From assembly GCA_025055075.1 (NCBI GenBank), contig JANWYV010000035.1:11163-75162 (forward strand): 64,000 nucleotides of DNA, in the 5' to 3' direction. This document shows positions 42,981 to 52,874 of the stretch, one piece after another. This DNA comes from Blastocatellia bacterium. GTDB taxonomy: Bacteria; Acidobacteriota; Blastocatellia; HR10. Numbering within the stretch: the first letter of the stretch is position 1; the number at the start of each line of letters is the position of its first letter. The position numbers were made by a program, and so were the translations under genes. A model generated the notes under the pieces. It searched no databases. It was not told where the DNA came from and worked only from the letters and a program-made list of their open reading frames with translations.

Positions 42981-45182
42981 ATGACGCACGCTCGATGGCT
43001 CCGTTGGGCGATCCTCGGACTTCTCTTGCTTCCTCCCGTCGGAAGCGGCGCGTCCTCGCAAAGCGCGGCACGCAGGGCTTCGGCGCTCATCTACCGAGAT
43101 GATTTCGGCGTTCCTCACATCTTCGCTCCGGATGTGGAGACGGCGGCCTATGCTGTCGGCTACGCGCAAGCGGAAGACCGACTCGAAGAGTTGCTCAAGA
43201 ACTATCGCCGGGCGACGGGAACGATGGCCGAAGCCTTCGGTCCAGAATTCTTCCGACAAGATTACGAACAACGCTTGTGGCGACACGCCGAGGTGAGTCG
43301 CGCGAACTATCACCGCCTCACCCCGAAGACGCGAGCCGTGATCGAGGCCTTCATCGAAGGGGTGAAGGCGTACATGAGGGAACATCCGGAAAAAGTGCCC
43401 GCGTGGGCGCCGGAGATCCAGCCATGGCACGTCGTCGCCCTCGGACGCTTCATCATCTTCGGATGGCCTGTCGGCGAAGCCTTGGCCGATCTGCGTCGGG
43501 TCGGGATCACTCCCGATGTCCCATCGGGGCTTCCCGCCGAACTCCGGAATCTGTGGGGAAGGTCGCCGAGCAGTTTCGATCTCGCGGATCGTGGCTCGAA
43601 CGCGATGCTCATTGCCCCGTGGCGTACAGCGATGCGCGCGCCCATCGCCATCATTGATCCGCATCTCAGTTGGTACGGCGAATTCCGTTTCTATCAACTC
43701 CGCATATACGCAGGCACCTTGGCCGTCGCCGGCGTCGCGATCCTCGGCACTCCCCTCCCCGCGCTCGGACATAGCGCGCACTGTTCCATCGCAATGACCA
43801 CGGGAGGACCAGACACGGCCGATGTCTACGAGGAAGAGGTCAACCCCGAGAATCCGCGCCAATATCGCTATGACGGGGAATGGCGTCCGATGCGCGTGCG
43901 CGCGGAGCGGATCGGCGTTCGCCGAGGAGATCGCGTGGAATGGGTGACCATCGAGATCGAGGAGACGCACCACGGGCCGATCATCGCCCGCCTCGGTCAC
44001 AAAGCTTACGCGGTGGCGCTCCCCTACGCGGAGGAAGTGGAGCTGATGGACCAAATCTTCGAGATGCTGATGGCGCGCGATGTCGAGGAGATGAAACGCG
44101 CGTTGGCGCGCCTTCAACTCATGGCGCAGAACGTCTTGATCGCCTGCACCTCGGGCGACCTCTATTACGCCCGCGTCGGGCGCGTGCCGATCCGGCCTGA
44201 TGGCGTAGATCCGAGTCGTCCCATTCCCGGACACACGGCTGCCACCGAATGGCGCGGGATTCATCCGTTCTCCGATCTCGTGCAGCTTCAGAATCCCCCT
44301 TCCGGCTACATGCACAACTGCAACGTGACGCCATTCGCCATGATGCGGGAGAGTCCCCTCGTGCCGGAGCGGTACATCCCGTACATCTACAACGCGAGCC
44401 GCACGGCGCCGCGCCATCAACGCGGCGAACGCGTGACGGAACTGTTGGACGCGGCGACGCGCGTCACCGAGGAACAAGCGCTCGCCCTCGCTTTCGATAC
44501 CGGCGTTTGGCACGCTGAGCTGTGGCAAGCGCGAGTGAGAGAGGCATGGGAACGAGCGCCCGAGTCGGCGAAATCACCGGAGGTGGCCATCGTCTACGAA
44601 TTGATCCAACGCTGGAACCGGCGCAGCGATCCCGATTCCGAGGGCGCGCTCGCGTTCTACGCGTTCAAGAAAGCGCTCGGCCCGATGCTCGCTCCTCGCG
44701 TTGATCCCCCGCCGACGGTGACCGACGCTGAGCTTCTCGAGGCGCTCGCGCGCGCAGCGAAATGGCTCAGGGCGACGTTCGGATCGCTTCGCGTCCCCTA
44801 CGGGCGATATTTCCGCGTCGGCCGCGAAGGCGGGACGCGAACATGGCCTGTCGGAGGCGGCTCTCTCAATCGAGAACCGAACAATGTGGGGATGGCGACT
44901 CCGCGCGCCATCACCTTCGTCCCCGCGGGCGAGGTGATGCTCGGACGCGCCGGACAATCGGCGACGCACGTCGTCATCCTGACGAAACCGCCTCGGTCAT
45001 ATTCGGTCGTCCCCCTGGGGCACAGCGACGATCCGAAGAGCCCGCATTGGGACGACCAGGCGGAAAAGCTCTTCAGTCGGGGACGCGCTGCGCCCACGTA
45101 TTTCCTGCGCCGCGGTGAGCTACTCAAGCACGTCACGGCGCGAAAGGTGGTGAGGCGCACGATGAGAAGACCACGAGGATGA
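42981..45182 (+). CDS. penicillin acylase family (S45) Ntn-hydrolase, AHL/cephalosporin acylase-like (start MTHARWLRW)
   Basis: signal peptide; alpha subunit then beta-subunit nucleophile Ser in GSNAMLIAP; ATG 5 nt after ggt stop. Confidence 0.85.
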   Translation: MTHARWLRWAILGLLLLPPVGSGASSQSAARRASALIYRDDFGVPHIFAPDVETAAYAVGYAQAEDRLEELLKNYRRATGTMAEAFGPEFFRQDYEQRLWRHAEVSRANYHRLTPKTRAVIEAFIEGVKAYMREHPEKVPAWAPEIQPWHVVALGRFIIFGWPVGEALADLRRVGITPDVPSGLPAELRNLWGRSPSSFDLADRGSNAMLIAPWRTAMRAPIAIIDPHLSWYGEFRFYQLRIYAGTLAVAGVAILGTPLPALGHSAHCSIAMTTGGPDTADVYEEEVNPENPRQYRYDGEWRPMRVRAERIGVRRGDRVEWVTIEIEETHHGPIIARLGHKAYAVALPYAEEVELMDQIFEMLMARDVEEMKRALARLQLMAQNVLIACTSGDLYYARVGRVPIRPDGVDPSRPIPGHTAATEWRGIHPFSDLVQLQNPPSGYMHNCNVTPFAMMRESPLVPERYIPYIYNASRTAPRHQRGERVTELLDAATRVTEEQALALAFDTGVWHAELWQARVREAWERAPESAKSPEVAIVYELIQRWNRRSDPDSEGALAFYAFKKALGPMLAPRVDPPPTVTDAELLEALARAAKWLRATFGSLRVPYGRYFRVGREGGTRTWPVGGGSLNREPNNVGMATPRAITFVPAGEVMLGRAGQSATHVVILTKPPRSYSVVPLGHSDDPKSPHWDDQAEKLFSRGRAAPTYFLRRGELLKHVTARKVVRRTMRRPRG

Positions 45183-45484
45183 AACGCGGACTCTCCCGAC
45201 GGCGCTTCCCCGCCCCCACAGATTTCGAGGAGACAGAGTTTGCCCCCCATCGGCGCTCCAGCTCGTAATGAGGATGCTTCACCATGCGGGAATCGAGCTG
45301 CGCATTTCGGCCATTTCTCGCCTACCCCAAGCCAGCGGGCAACGGGAAAACGCTCATCGTCGAAGCTCTCGACACGGAGATCCCCGTCGAATGCGGATGA
45401 GGGAGCCATCGCCTCCCCTTCGGGAGAGGCTTCGTGCTATGATGAAAGGTCAACACAAGCGATGCTGGCGAGGGGTAAGCGTCT

Positions 45485-47500
45485 ATGATCCGTCGGCTTC
45501 TCGATCGTCCGATCACGCGGCGTCCGGCCACTGTGCGCTTCACGGGGAGAATCCTCTTCCTCACCGAAGACCCCGATCTCATTCGTCGGCAGTTGGCCGG
45601 GGAGGATCTCGCATGGACGCCGGAGATGAAACTGCGGGATGACATTTCGACGGACGAGATCACGCCCGCCTACGTCTGCTTCTATTTCGACGAAACGCTC
45701 GGCGAATTCCCTTACATCGGCTTGAAAGCCGGCGATCAATTCCCCATCGGCCGGGGCGACGTCAAACGCGGGGGGTTCGTCGCATCGGTCTCGGGCAAAC
45801 GACGAGGCAAGGGGAGCAGCCGCGAGCAAGCTCCGTTCGCTGAACTCTCCGCGGGCATCCGTGTCGTGATCGCGGAGAACATCGAACGCATTTACAAGCA
45901 AAATTGCCAAAACTTGGGCTTACTGACGACGACGAATTTCGATCTCATCGAGAAGATCCGACGCGGGGAAGAAATCCCGCTCTCCGCTTTCACTGAGGGT
46001 GAGGATGAGATCACGCGGCAGATCGTGGAATTCGGCGGCTTGTTTCCCTTCAACGTCGCGCGCCTCCAAGGCCAGGTCGCCATTCCCCCGATTCGGACCG
46101 AACCGCGTCCGATGACGCTCGCGGAGAAGATCCTGGCGCGTCACATGGTCGTGGATTTGCCGCAGGATCGCGTGGGCGTGCCGGCCGTACGTCCGGGCGA
46201 TGCGGGATTCGTGCGCGCTGATTGGCGCTTCAGCCACGAATATGTGACGCCAATGGCCGCTATCTTCTTCGAGCGCTACGTCGGCGAAGAGGAGCGCGTC
46301 GCCGATCCCGATTCGATCCTCCTCTTCCGCGACCACTTGACGTTCCTGGACGAAGTCATGCCGCCGGAGCGACGCGCCATGGGCCTGCTGGATTTGGCTC
46401 ACCAGCTCAAGCTCAAGCAGGAGGAGTTCGCCCGTAAGCAAGGGATTCGCTATCACGGGGAATTGAGCGATCGTAAGGGTTCCGAAGGGATCTGCCACAG
46501 CATCGTCCTCGAACGATACGCGCTGCCGGGGCAAGTGATCGTCGGCTCGGATTCCCACACGCCGCATTCGGGAGCGATCGGCGCCCTCGCCTTCGGCGTG
46601 GGCACGACCGATCTCTTCAATTCCTGGATCACGCGCGATGTGCGCGTGCGCGTGCCCGAATCGGTCAAAGTCCTCGTTCGAGGACGACTACCGGAGAACG
46701 TCACGGCGAAAGACCTCGTCTTGGCGATTCTGCGCCTTGACTACGTGAGAAGCGGCCGGGCGATCGGCAAAGTAATCGAGTATGCCGGCGATGCCATCCG
46801 CGCGCTCGATATAGATGAGCGAGCGACACTGACGAACATGGCCGCGGAGATCGGTGGCTTCACCGGGATCGTCGCTCCGGATGAGAAAACGGTGGACTTT
46901 CTGGTCGAGCGGCGCGGTCTCTCCCGCGCTGAGGCGGAACGATTGATCGAGGATCTCCAGAGCGATCCCGATGCCGAATACGCGCATGTGATCGAACTGG
47001 ATGCCTCGATGATTCGTCCCATGCTCGCGCTGCCTGGCGATCCCGGCAATGGCATCGAGATCGCGTGCCTCGATCGCGAAGTGAAGATTCACATCGCCTA
47101 CGGGGGCTCATGCACGGCGGGGAAGAAGGCCGATATGGACATGTACGCGCGCGTATTGGCCGAAGCGCTCGCCGAAGGTCGACGTGTGCATCCCGAGGTG
47201 CGTTTCTACATCCAATTCGGTTCGCAGGATGTCCGTCAATATTGCGCCGAGCGGGGGTATCTGGAATTGTTCCGACAAGCGGGAGCGATCGTGATCGAGC
47301 CCAGTTGCGGCGCCTGCATCAATGCCGGTCCAGGCGCGACGACGAGCCGCGATCAAGTGGCCATCAGCGCGCAGAATCGAAATTTCCCCGGTCGCAGCGG
47401 TCCCGGGCAGCTCTATCTCGCGAGCCCCCTCACGGTCGCGGCATCGGCCATCGCCGGAAAGATCGCCGAATACCGTCCGCGTCGTTCTTCGACCGTATGA
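45485..47500 (+). CDS. aconitase-family Fe-S hydro-lyase with N-terminal LeuD-like swivel domain fused to LeuC-like catalytic domains (AcnB-type domain order)
   Basis: N-terminal GSSREQAPFAL...VIAENIERIYKQNCQNLGLL (swivel) then MTLAEKILARH, GSDSHTPHSGAIGALAFGVGTTD, YGGSCTAGK, SCGACINAG (three Cys ligands). Confidence 0.75.
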   Translation: MIRRLLDRPITRRPATVRFTGRILFLTEDPDLIRRQLAGEDLAWTPEMKLRDDISTDEITPAYVCFYFDETLGEFPYIGLKAGDQFPIGRGDVKRGGFVASVSGKRRGKGSSREQAPFAELSAGIRVVIAENIERIYKQNCQNLGLLTTTNFDLIEKIRRGEEIPLSAFTEGEDEITRQIVEFGGLFPFNVARLQGQVAIPPIRTEPRPMTLAEKILARHMVVDLPQDRVGVPAVRPGDAGFVRADWRFSHEYVTPMAAIFFERYVGEEERVADPDSILLFRDHLTFLDEVMPPERRAMGLLDLAHQLKLKQEEFARKQGIRYHGELSDRKGSEGICHSIVLERYALPGQVIVGSDSHTPHSGAIGALAFGVGTTDLFNSWITRDVRVRVPESVKVLVRGRLPENVTAKDLVLAILRLDYVRSGRAIGKVIEYAGDAIRALDIDERATLTNMAAEIGGFTGIVAPDEKTVDFLVERRGLSRAEAERLIEDLQSDPDAEYAHVIELDASMIRPMLALPGDPGNGIEIACLDREVKIHIAYGGSCTAGKKADMDMYARVLAEALAEGRRVHPEVRFYIQFGSQDVRQYCAERGYLELFRQAGAIVIEPSCGACINAGPGATTSRDQVAISAQNRNFPGRSGPGQLYLASPLTVAASAIAGKIAEYRPRRSSTV

Positions 47501-47549
47501 TCCCGGCACGGGGTGTCGGGGAATGTCGCGCGCTCTTCCAAATACCGGA

Positions 47550-47578
47550 TTGACTTTCGCTTTCTGAGCGTGCACAAT
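47550..47578 (+). promoter_or_regulatory. candidate acs promoter TTGACT-17-CACAAT
   Basis: hexamers at 47550-47555 and 47573-47578 about 70 nt upstream of acs. Confidence 0.3.
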
Positions 47579-47646
47579 TTAGCCTCCGACAGAAGGGGGC
47601 TTCCTGGGAAGAGCCTCTCGATCACCATGGCGAGGAGAGCACGACG

Positions 47647-49638
47647 ATGGATGCGACGCGAACCGTAGATGCCTTGTTATCTCAAGTACGGGTCATCGAA
47701 CCTCCGACCGCTTTTCGCGAGCGGGCGTGGATTCGTGACGAGCATCTCTACGAGGAGGCGGCACGTGATCCCGAGGCTTTTTGGGGACGCGTGGCCGAAG
47801 AATTCGTCCATTGGTTCCACCCGTGGGAGCACGTGCTCCAATGGACGCCGCCCAAGCCGGGAACATCGCCTCCTTGGTTCCGATGGTTCATCGGCGGTCG
47901 GCTCAACGTCTGCTACAACTGCGTGGATCGGCATGTGCAAACATGGCGGCGTACGAAAGCCGCGATCATCTGGGAAGGAGAGCCGGGCGAAGAGCGCGTG
48001 TTGACGTATCAAGATCTGCATCGCGAGGTGCAGAAGTTCGCCAACGTCCTCAAATCGCTCGGCGTGCGACGCGGCGACCGCGTGACGATCTACCTCCCCA
48101 TGATTCCCGAGTTGCCCATCGCCATGCTCGCTTGCGCCCGCATCGGAGCGATTCACAGCGTCGTCTTCGGCGGCTTCTCGGCAGAAGCGCTGCGCGATCG
48201 CATCAACGATTCCGGCAGCCGAGTGCTCATCACGGCCGATGGGGGATGGCGACGTGGTCAGATCGTCCCGCTCAAGCGCAACGCCGATGAAGCCCTCACC
48301 GAGTGCCCGGGCGTAGAGCACGTCGTCGTCGTGCATCGCGGCGTCATGGACGCTACGCACGTCCCCATGCATGAAGGGCGCGATCACTGGTGGCATCGGT
48401 TGATGGAACACGCGCCGCTCGAATGCCCATGCGAGGAGATGGAGAGCGAAGATCCGCTCTATATCCTCTACACGAGCGGCACGACGGGGAAACCGAAAGG
48501 GCAGCTCCATGTCCAAGGGGGGTATCTGGTGGGCGTCGCCGCCACGCACAAGTGGATCTTCGACGTGCGCGACGAGGACATCTACTGGTGCACGGCCGAC
48601 ATCGGATGGGTGACAGGCCATAGCTACGTCGTTTACGGCCCGCTGTGCAACGGAGCGACGACGGTCATGTACGAAGGCGCACCGGATTATCCCGACCGCG
48701 ATCGGTGGTGGGCGCTCGTCGAGAAATACCGCGTCAATATCTTCTACACGGCGCCGACGGCCATCCGCTCGTTCATGAAATGGGGAGAAGAATATCCGCG
48801 ACGACATGATCTCTCTTCGCTGCGTTTGTTGGGGACGGTAGGGGAACCGATCAATCCCGAGGCGTGGATTTGGTACTGGGAACATATCGGCGGTCGGCGT
48901 TGTCCCGTCGTGGATACCTGGTGGCAAACGGAGACCGGATGCATTTTGATCTCGCCGCTTCCAGGATTGACGCCGTTGAAGCCAGGATCGGCGACACGAC
49001 CTTTGCCTGGGATCTTCGCCGATGTCGTGGATGAGGAGGGCCGATCGTGTCCGCCAGAGGTTCCCGGCTATCTGATCCTGACGCGCCCATGGCCCTCGAT
49101 GTCGCGCACGATTTGGGGAGATCCGGAGCGATACGTGCAGGTCTACTGGTCGCGCTTCCCAGGCGTCTATTTCACAGGAGATGCTGCCGTCAGAGATAAG
49201 GACGGATACTTCTGGCTGCTCGGACGCGTGGACGATGTCATCAACGTCGCCGGACATCGGTTGAGCACGATGGAGTTGGAGAGCGTGCTGGTGGAGCATC
49301 CGGCCGTCGCTGAAGCCGCCGTCATTGGAAGATCGGACGAGGTCAAGGGACAAGTCCCTGTCGCCTTCGTCACGATCCGGGAGGGAGTTCCAATAACGGC
49401 CGAACTTGGGGACGCCTTGAAGAATTATGTCGTCACCCGCATCGGCGCGCTGGCACGTCCGGCCGCTGTGTTCTTCACGGCCGAGCTTCCGAAGACGCGT
49501 TCGGGGAAGATCATGCGGCGGCTCTTGCGCGACATCTCCGAAGGACGTGTCCTGGGCGATACGACGACCCTCGCCGATCCCATGGTGGTGCAGCGCCTGA
49601 AGCAAATGTACGAGGAACAATACGGAGAAGGGAGTTAG
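47647..49638 (+). CDS. acs: acetyl-coenzyme A synthetase
   Basis: AMP-binding motif [11 protein letters not shown], full-length similarity to Acs; GAGGAG RBS. Confidence 0.95.
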   Translation: MDATRTVDALLSQVRVIEPPTAFRERAWIRDEHLYEEAARDPEAFWGRVAEEFVHWFHPWEHVLQWTPPKPGTSPPWFRWFIGGRLNVCYNCVDRHVQTWRRTKAAIIWEGEPGEERVLTYQDLHREVQKFANVLKSLGVRRGDRVTIYLPMIPELPIAMLACARIGAIHSVVFGGFSAEALRDRINDSGSRVLITADGGWRRGQIVPLKRNADEALTECPGVEHVVVVHRGVMDATHVPMHEGRDHWWHRLMEHAPLECPCEEMESEDPLYILYTSGTTGKPKGQLHVQGGYLVGVAATHKWIFDVRDEDIYWCTADIGWVTGHSYVVYGPLCNGATTVMYEGAPDYPDRDRWWALVEKYRVNIFYTAPTAIRSFMKWGEEYPRRHDLSSLRLLGTVGEPINPEAWIWYWEHIGGRRCPVVDTWWQTETGCILISPLPGLTPLKPGSATRPLPGIFADVVDEEGRSCPPEVPGYLILTRPWPSMSRTIWGDPERYVQVYWSRFPGVYFTGDAAVRDKDGYFWLLGRVDDVINVAGHRLSTMELESVLVEHPAVAEAAVIGRSDEVKGQVPVAFVTIREGVPITAELGDALKNYVVTRIGALARPAAVFFTAELPKTRSGKIMRRLLRDISEGRVLGDTTTLADPMVVQRLKQMYEEQYGEGS

Positions 49639-49663
49639 CTCGGAAGCCCCTTGCAAGTTCAAG

Positions 49664-49691
49664 GAGGGAAGTCCTTCGGGACTTTCCTCCT
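49664..49691 (+). terminator. GC-rich hairpin with UUCG tetraloop after acs (terminator-like, weak U tract)
   Basis: GGAGGGAAGUCC-UUCG-GGACUUUCCUCC 12-bp stem (one G-U). Confidence 0.35.
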
Positions 49692-50000
49692 CTGCACGGC
49701 GTCGTGCGCTTCCGCTCCTGGAAGAGAGCGCATCGAACTTTCATTCCTCAATTTCGTGCGGCGTTTCGCGAAGGATCATTTCGGCGAGTCGTCCCGAACT
49801 TGATACACGAGCGCTCGTCCCGTTCGTTGCAAGCTCAAACAGGTGCTGGGTCCAGACGCCCGACGGTCGCGGAGCGCTCTGCTCCGTAGCCCTTTTGATC
49901 TGCAATGCTAGTAGCTGAATGAACCTCGACCGGCGTCCCGGATCATCCGACAGCGCGTATCGTGGCGAAACCGGGCCGCCTCGTGTACACTTCTCCCCCT

Positions 50001-51359
50001 ATGAAGAGGTGGCTCGTTCTCATTCTTCTGCTTTCGCTCACCAGTGTGGCCTTCGGCCAGGAAGGGCCCTCGAACGCAGAGCATCACCAGGTGGTCGCGC
50101 GCGTGCTCCTCTCATTGATCTTGATCTTGCTCGGGGCGAAACTCGGGGGCGAGATCTTCGAACGCCTCCGCCAACCAGCAGTTCTTGGGGAGTTGATCGT
50201 GGGCATGCTCCTGGGGAATCTCTCGCTTCTGGGCTTTCACGGGCTCGATTTCCTAAAGAACGAGGAGATCCTGGCGATTCTCGCCGAATTGGGGGTCATC
50301 CTGTTGCTCTTCGAGGTCGGATTGGAATCGGACATCGCGGAGATGAAAGCCGTAGGGCTCTCAGCATTCTCAGTGGCGGTCGTGGGAGTCATCACGCCCT
50401 TTCTCCTCGGATGGGGCGTTTCGTCCTGGCTCCTGCCAGGAGCGCACCGGCTCGTGCATGTCTACGTGGGCGCTGTGCTCTGCGCGACGAGCGTAGGGAT
50501 CACGGCCCGCGTGCTCCGAGATCTGGGAAAGCTGGCGACGTCGGAGGCGCGCATCATCCTCGGAGCGGCGGTGATTGATGACGTCTTAGGGCTCCTTGTG
50601 CTCGCCATCGTCAGCGGGATGATTCGCGCGGCCAATCGGGGAGCGACGGAGCTGCCGATTGGGAGTCTCCTGTGGATCGTCGCGAAATCCGTGGGCTTCC
50701 TCTTCGGCGCTATCTGGATCGGCCAACGCCTCTCTCCGAGACTCTTTCACCTGGCCTCGAAGCTGCGCGTGCATGGGATGCTTTTGGTGACGAGCCTCTC
50801 CTTCTGCTTCCTGATGGCCTATGTGGCCAGCGCCATCGGTCTGGCGACGATTGTCGGCGCATTCGCGGCTGGTTTGTTGCTCGATCGGGTGCACTACCGC
50901 GATTTCCTGGATCGGGGAGAGCATGGGTTGGAAGAGGCCTTGCGTCCTCTCACAACGGTCTTCGTCCCCGTCTTCTTTGTGCTCATGGGGATCCGCGTGG
51001 ACCTCTCCAGCTTCGGACGCACGGACATCCTTGGTTTCGCAGCGCTGGTGACCTTGGCGGCGATCCTCGGTAAGCAAGCTTGCGGATTGGCCGTGTGGGA
51101 GCGTGGGGTGAATCGGCTGGCCATCGGGCTGGGGATGATCCCTCGCGGCGAAGTCGGCTTGATCGTCGCGAGCATCGGCATGACGCTCACCGTGCAAGGG
51201 GAGCGGATCGTGACCCCCCCGATCTTCTCCGCGATCGTCATTATGGTGATGGTGACGACGCTGTTGACCCCACCTCTGTTGAAATGGGCCATCACACGCG
51301 CAGATGCTTTGACCACGGCCATCGAGAGCGCGCCCTCGGAATCGTCTGCTCGCTCGTGA
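50001..51359 (+). CDS. cation:proton antiporter, CPA2 (Kef/NapA) family, with N-terminal signal-like sequence
   Basis: Na_H_exchanger fold sequence (GEIFERLRQPAVLGELIVGMLLG); track ORF starts at GTG 49962. Confidence 0.8.
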   Translation: MKRWLVLILLLSLTSVAFGQEGPSNAEHHQVVARVLLSLILILLGAKLGGEIFERLRQPAVLGELIVGMLLGNLSLLGFHGLDFLKNEEILAILAELGVILLLFEVGLESDIAEMKAVGLSAFSVAVVGVITPFLLGWGVSSWLLPGAHRLVHVYVGAVLCATSVGITARVLRDLGKLATSEARIILGAAVIDDVLGLLVLAIVSGMIRAANRGATELPIGSLLWIVAKSVGFLFGAIWIGQRLSPRLFHLASKLRVHGMLLVTSLSFCFLMAYVASAIGLATIVGAFAAGLLLDRVHYRDFLDRGEHGLEEALRPLTTVFVPVFFVLMGIRVDLSSFGRTDILGFAALVTLAAILGKQACGLAVWERGVNRLAIGLGMIPRGEVGLIVASIGMTLTVQGERIVTPPIFSAIVIMVMVTTLLTPPLLKWAITRADALTTAIESAPSESSARS

Positions 51360-51372
51360 GCGGTGCATGCGC

Positions 51373-51401
51373 TTGAAGGAACGACTCGCCTCGGCTAAAA
51401 T
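51373..51401 (+). promoter_or_regulatory. sigma70-like promoter TTGAAG-17-TAAAAT upstream of fmdB-like gene
   Basis: hexamers at 51373-51378 and 51396-51401; AAGGAGG RBS at about 51438. Confidence 0.4.
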
Positions 51402-51451
51402 TTCGGTTTGAACGAATTTCGGCAACACCCGAGCAAGGAGGTGGAGCGAGG

Positions 51452-51697
51452 ATGCCAATCTACGAGTACGTTTGTGAGAGATGCGGCGCACACCTGGAAG
51501 TCCTTCAGAAGATGACGGACAAGCCGCTCAGGCGCTGCAAGAGCTGCGGAGGACGCTTGGAGAAGATCATCTCGCAGACCAGCTTCATCCTGAAGGGATC
51601 GGGATGGTACGTGACTGATTACGCGCGCAAGGAGCGTCGGGAGAAGGAGAGCAAGTCCTCCGAAGGAGATGGGAAGGCATCCAAGTCCGAGGAGTGA
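51452..51697 (+). CDS. FmdB-family zinc-ribbon protein
   Basis: [19 protein letters not shown]...CKSCGG (CxxC...CxxC) with Lys/Glu-rich tail. Confidence 0.7.
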   Translation: MPIYEYVCERCGAHLEVLQKMTDKPLRRCKSCGGRLEKIISQTSFILKGSGWYVTDYARKERREKESKSSEGDGKASKSEE

Positions 51698-51810
51698 CTC
51701 GATGCCCGGGCATCCGACGCTCGCCGATCGAATCCCTCTCGCGAATGAGGAACAGCGCATTGAGCGCTGATTCCTCGCGAGGAGAGGAACCGTTGACGCG
51801 AGGAACGGCG

Positions 51811-52776
51811 ATGCCTCAGGTCCGCGCCAAAGTTCAGTGCGCGCCCGACGCCCTGAAGGGCAGTAGGAGTCGGTGGCTGATCGGCGGGAGTGTGCTCCTG
51901 CTCATGTTGGAATCGGTCTGGGGTAGTCCGCAAGCGGGACGTCGCGAGACGATGGAGCGGATAGGAGCCTCCGTTATCCTCAACGTGATCGTAGAACCCC
52001 GAAGCGGACAGAAGGAAGTCCAACTCACTCGTGACAAGCTCGAGCTGTACGATGCGGGAATCGAACAGCAGATCGAAGCTGTGCAGCCGGATTATTCAGC
52101 GGCGCGTATCGCGCTGCTTCTGGATGTGAGCGATTCGCTGCGCGCCGAGCTGGGACAACTGCTGCAGGTTGTGAAAGCGTTCGCGGCGAACCTCTACGAG
52201 GGCGATCAGATGATGCTCATCGCGTATGGCGAAGACCCCGAGGTCCTCGAAGAGTTCACGGGAGATCGCGGGAAGCTCGAACAAGCGGGATTGCGGCTGA
52301 AACGCACCGGCTCGACGAAGGTGCGCCTCTGGGATGCTCTGCAAGCGACGCTCGATGATGCCCTGCGCCTACAGGTGGGATACTCCAAGCGCATCATCGT
52401 GCTCGTCTCCGATGGCTTCGATCGGGAGAGTCAGATGCGCCCGGAGGTCGTGTTGGCCAACTTGGCGCGCGAGAACGTCCTCGTCTACGTCCTGCAAGCT
52501 GAAGATCGAACCCGCGGAGCGACGCGCCGACGGACGCTCAAACCGGAAGAGGCGGTCGCGCGACTTGTGCAAGGGACCGGCGGCAAGGCGTATCCACTCA
52601 AAGACGCCGAGCGCGCCGCTCGAGAGATCCTGGAGGAGTTGAGCGAGCGATGGTATCAGGTGATTTACAAACCGCAAGGTGTGAATCCGCTCAATCGGCG
52701 TCGCATTCTCCTTCTGGCGAACGATCCGATGCTCATCCTGAGGACAAAGGCCGAACATCCCGGGGAGAAGAATTGA
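51811..52776 (+). CDS. VWA-domain protein with N-terminal signal anchor (track ORF begins at GTG 51694 overlapping fmdB stop)
   Basis: MIDAS motif LLLDVSDS...T...VSDG; hydrophobic segment WLIGGSVLLLML. Confidence 0.7.
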   Translation: MPQVRAKVQCAPDALKGSRSRWLIGGSVLLLMLESVWGSPQAGRRETMERIGASVILNVIVEPRSGQKEVQLTRDKLELYDAGIEQQIEAVQPDYSAARIALLLDVSDSLRAELGQLLQVVKAFAANLYEGDQMMLIAYGEDPEVLEEFTGDRGKLEQAGLRLKRTGSTKVRLWDALQATLDDALRLQVGYSKRIIVLVSDGFDRESQMRPEVVLANLARENVLVYVLQAEDRTRGATRRRTLKPEEAVARLVQGTGGKAYPLKDAERAAREILEELSERWYQVIYKPQGVNPLNRRRILLLANDPMLILRTKAEHPGEKN

Positions 52777-52874
52777 GGCCTTCGACGGTCGCGCGCCCGG
52801 CGTCGCCTTCGGCCGACGAAGGCTCAACGCACATTTCCCTTTCCATGAAGGAGCGCCCGAGTCGGAGAGAACGC

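Noticed and set aside
47677-49662. 661-aa minus-strand ORF
   Set aside because: Antisense to acs. Similar long antisense ORFs at 9756-11012 (pheT), 39478-41055 (M14), 42969-44528 (acylase), 62627-63928 (cimA), 5494-6564 and 6895-8259 (thrS/infC) are rejected for the same reason: biased Arg/Pro/Ala composition and no family signal.
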